Source: Candidatus Saccharimonadota bacterium (GTDB taxonomy: Bacteria; Patescibacteriota; Saccharimonadia; Saccharimonadales; Saccharimonadaceae). Taken from it: a stretch of 32,000 nt of DNA. Positions 31,635 to 32,000 of the stretch are shown here, in pieces (the stretch's first letter is position 1; every line of letters starts with the position of its first letter). The stretch covers positions 570,001-602,000 of the forward strand of contig CP006915.1 of NCBI GenBank assembly GCA_000503915.1. The letters run 5' to 3'. The notes beneath the pieces are model-generated. The model ran no database searches and was not told the origin of the DNA. It worked only from the letters and a program-made list of their open reading frames with translations. The translations under genes and the position numbers were made by a program.

Positions 31635-32000
31635 ATTTATTGATATAGCTCTGGCCGTTAGCGACGATTTTTTCACGCGTTTCTTTATCGTCAAGTTTTT
31701 TTACCTTATCGGCAAAATCTTTCGGATTACCTACCTTGAAGTAGAGCGCACCACTGCCGGCGACTTCACGCAGGATTGGCAGGTCGGTAATGACGGCCGG
31801 TACGCCAAACTTCAAACCTTCGGCCACTGGCAGGCCGTAGCCTTCATCGCGGGTGGCGGTGACGAGGAGGGCGTCGTCGGCCAGTAAGGCCGCATATTCT
31901 TCGTCGCTTACGCCATTGTGAAACAGTACGTTAGTACCTTTCGGAATCAGTGCAGTCAGCTCCTGGCGGCGTTTCGTGGAAATCGGGCTGAGGATATGCA
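31582..32000 (-). CDS. GT-B glycosyltransferase (group 1 / GT4-like), C-terminal part; 5' end lies beyond the window
   Basis: The frame is open from the window edge. ..LLVTATRDEGYGLPVAEGLKFGVPAVITDLPILREVAG.. is the typical GT4 C-terminal nucleotide-sugar-binding block. TAA stop at 31582-31584. The GTG start in the track at 31827 is internal. Confidence 0.8.
   Translation of the reverse strand, partial: HILSPISTKRRQELTALIPKGTNVLFHNGVSDEEYAALLADDALLVTATRDEGYGLPVAEGLKFGVPAVITDLPILREVAGSGALYFKVGNPKDFADKVKKLDDKETREKIVANGQSYINKFSWDQSAEILLEAVKKL

Noticed and set aside
1-32000. CRISPR arrays, IS elements, integrases, prophage genes and known defence-system hallmarks (nuclease/helicase/ATPase combinations)
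   Set aside because: I saw no regularly spaced direct repeats and no transposase, integrase or recombinase motifs on either strand. The only repeats are short hairpins and low-complexity coding tracts.

Overview
This is a gene-dense bacterial chromosomal window with about 38 protein genes, 2 tRNAs and 1 tRNA-like remnant. Intergenic gaps are short, several junctions are ATGA-type overlaps, and most genes lie on the minus strand. I found no rRNA, CRISPR array, transposase or integrase.

Housekeeping genes I recognise from motifs are pth, der, an RsuA-family pseudouridine synthase, gltX, xth, smpB, cmk-like and gmk-like kinases, a HAD hydrolase and a CDP-alcohol phosphatidyltransferase. The rest is dominated by cell-envelope functions:
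- three type IV pilin-like genes
- a sortase with a long N-terminal extension
- a PEGA-domain protein
- a DUF3048-like protein
- two histidine-kinase/response-regulator pairs whose regulators have no DNA-binding output
- a glycan-synthase operon

This gene content, the many low-complexity tails and the monoderm-type surface genes suggest a reduced Patescibacteria/CPR genome, possibly Saccharibacteria-like. That is inference only; no search was run.

The observations most worth following up are:
1. A three-gene operon at 1214-5586: a BcsA/CrdS-like GT2 synthase, a HlyD-like adaptor and a GH81 endo-beta-1,3-glucanase. It looks like a curdlan-type beta-1,3-glucan synthesis and export module.
2. 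A pilin fused to a CBM/lectin-like beta-sandwich (18927-19778) that is one continuous reading frame except for a single in-frame TAA at codon 36.
3. A GC-rich, GC3-biased 134-aa gene (12382-12786) with its own near-consensus promoter and a long GC-rich hairpin. It looks horizontally acquired.
4. A pilin-type N-terminus fused to two PepSY-like domains and an acidic Ser/Asp tail (12877-13686).
5. An intact tRNA-Leu(CAA) bracketed by a perfect 14-bp inverted repeat and followed by a decayed second tRNA-Leu-like 3' half that ends in CCA.
6. A small membrane-protein gene whose reading frame appears shifted by one base in a G-run, so the ORF runs through its own terminator.

All functional calls come from motif recognition by eye. 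None has been confirmed by database search.
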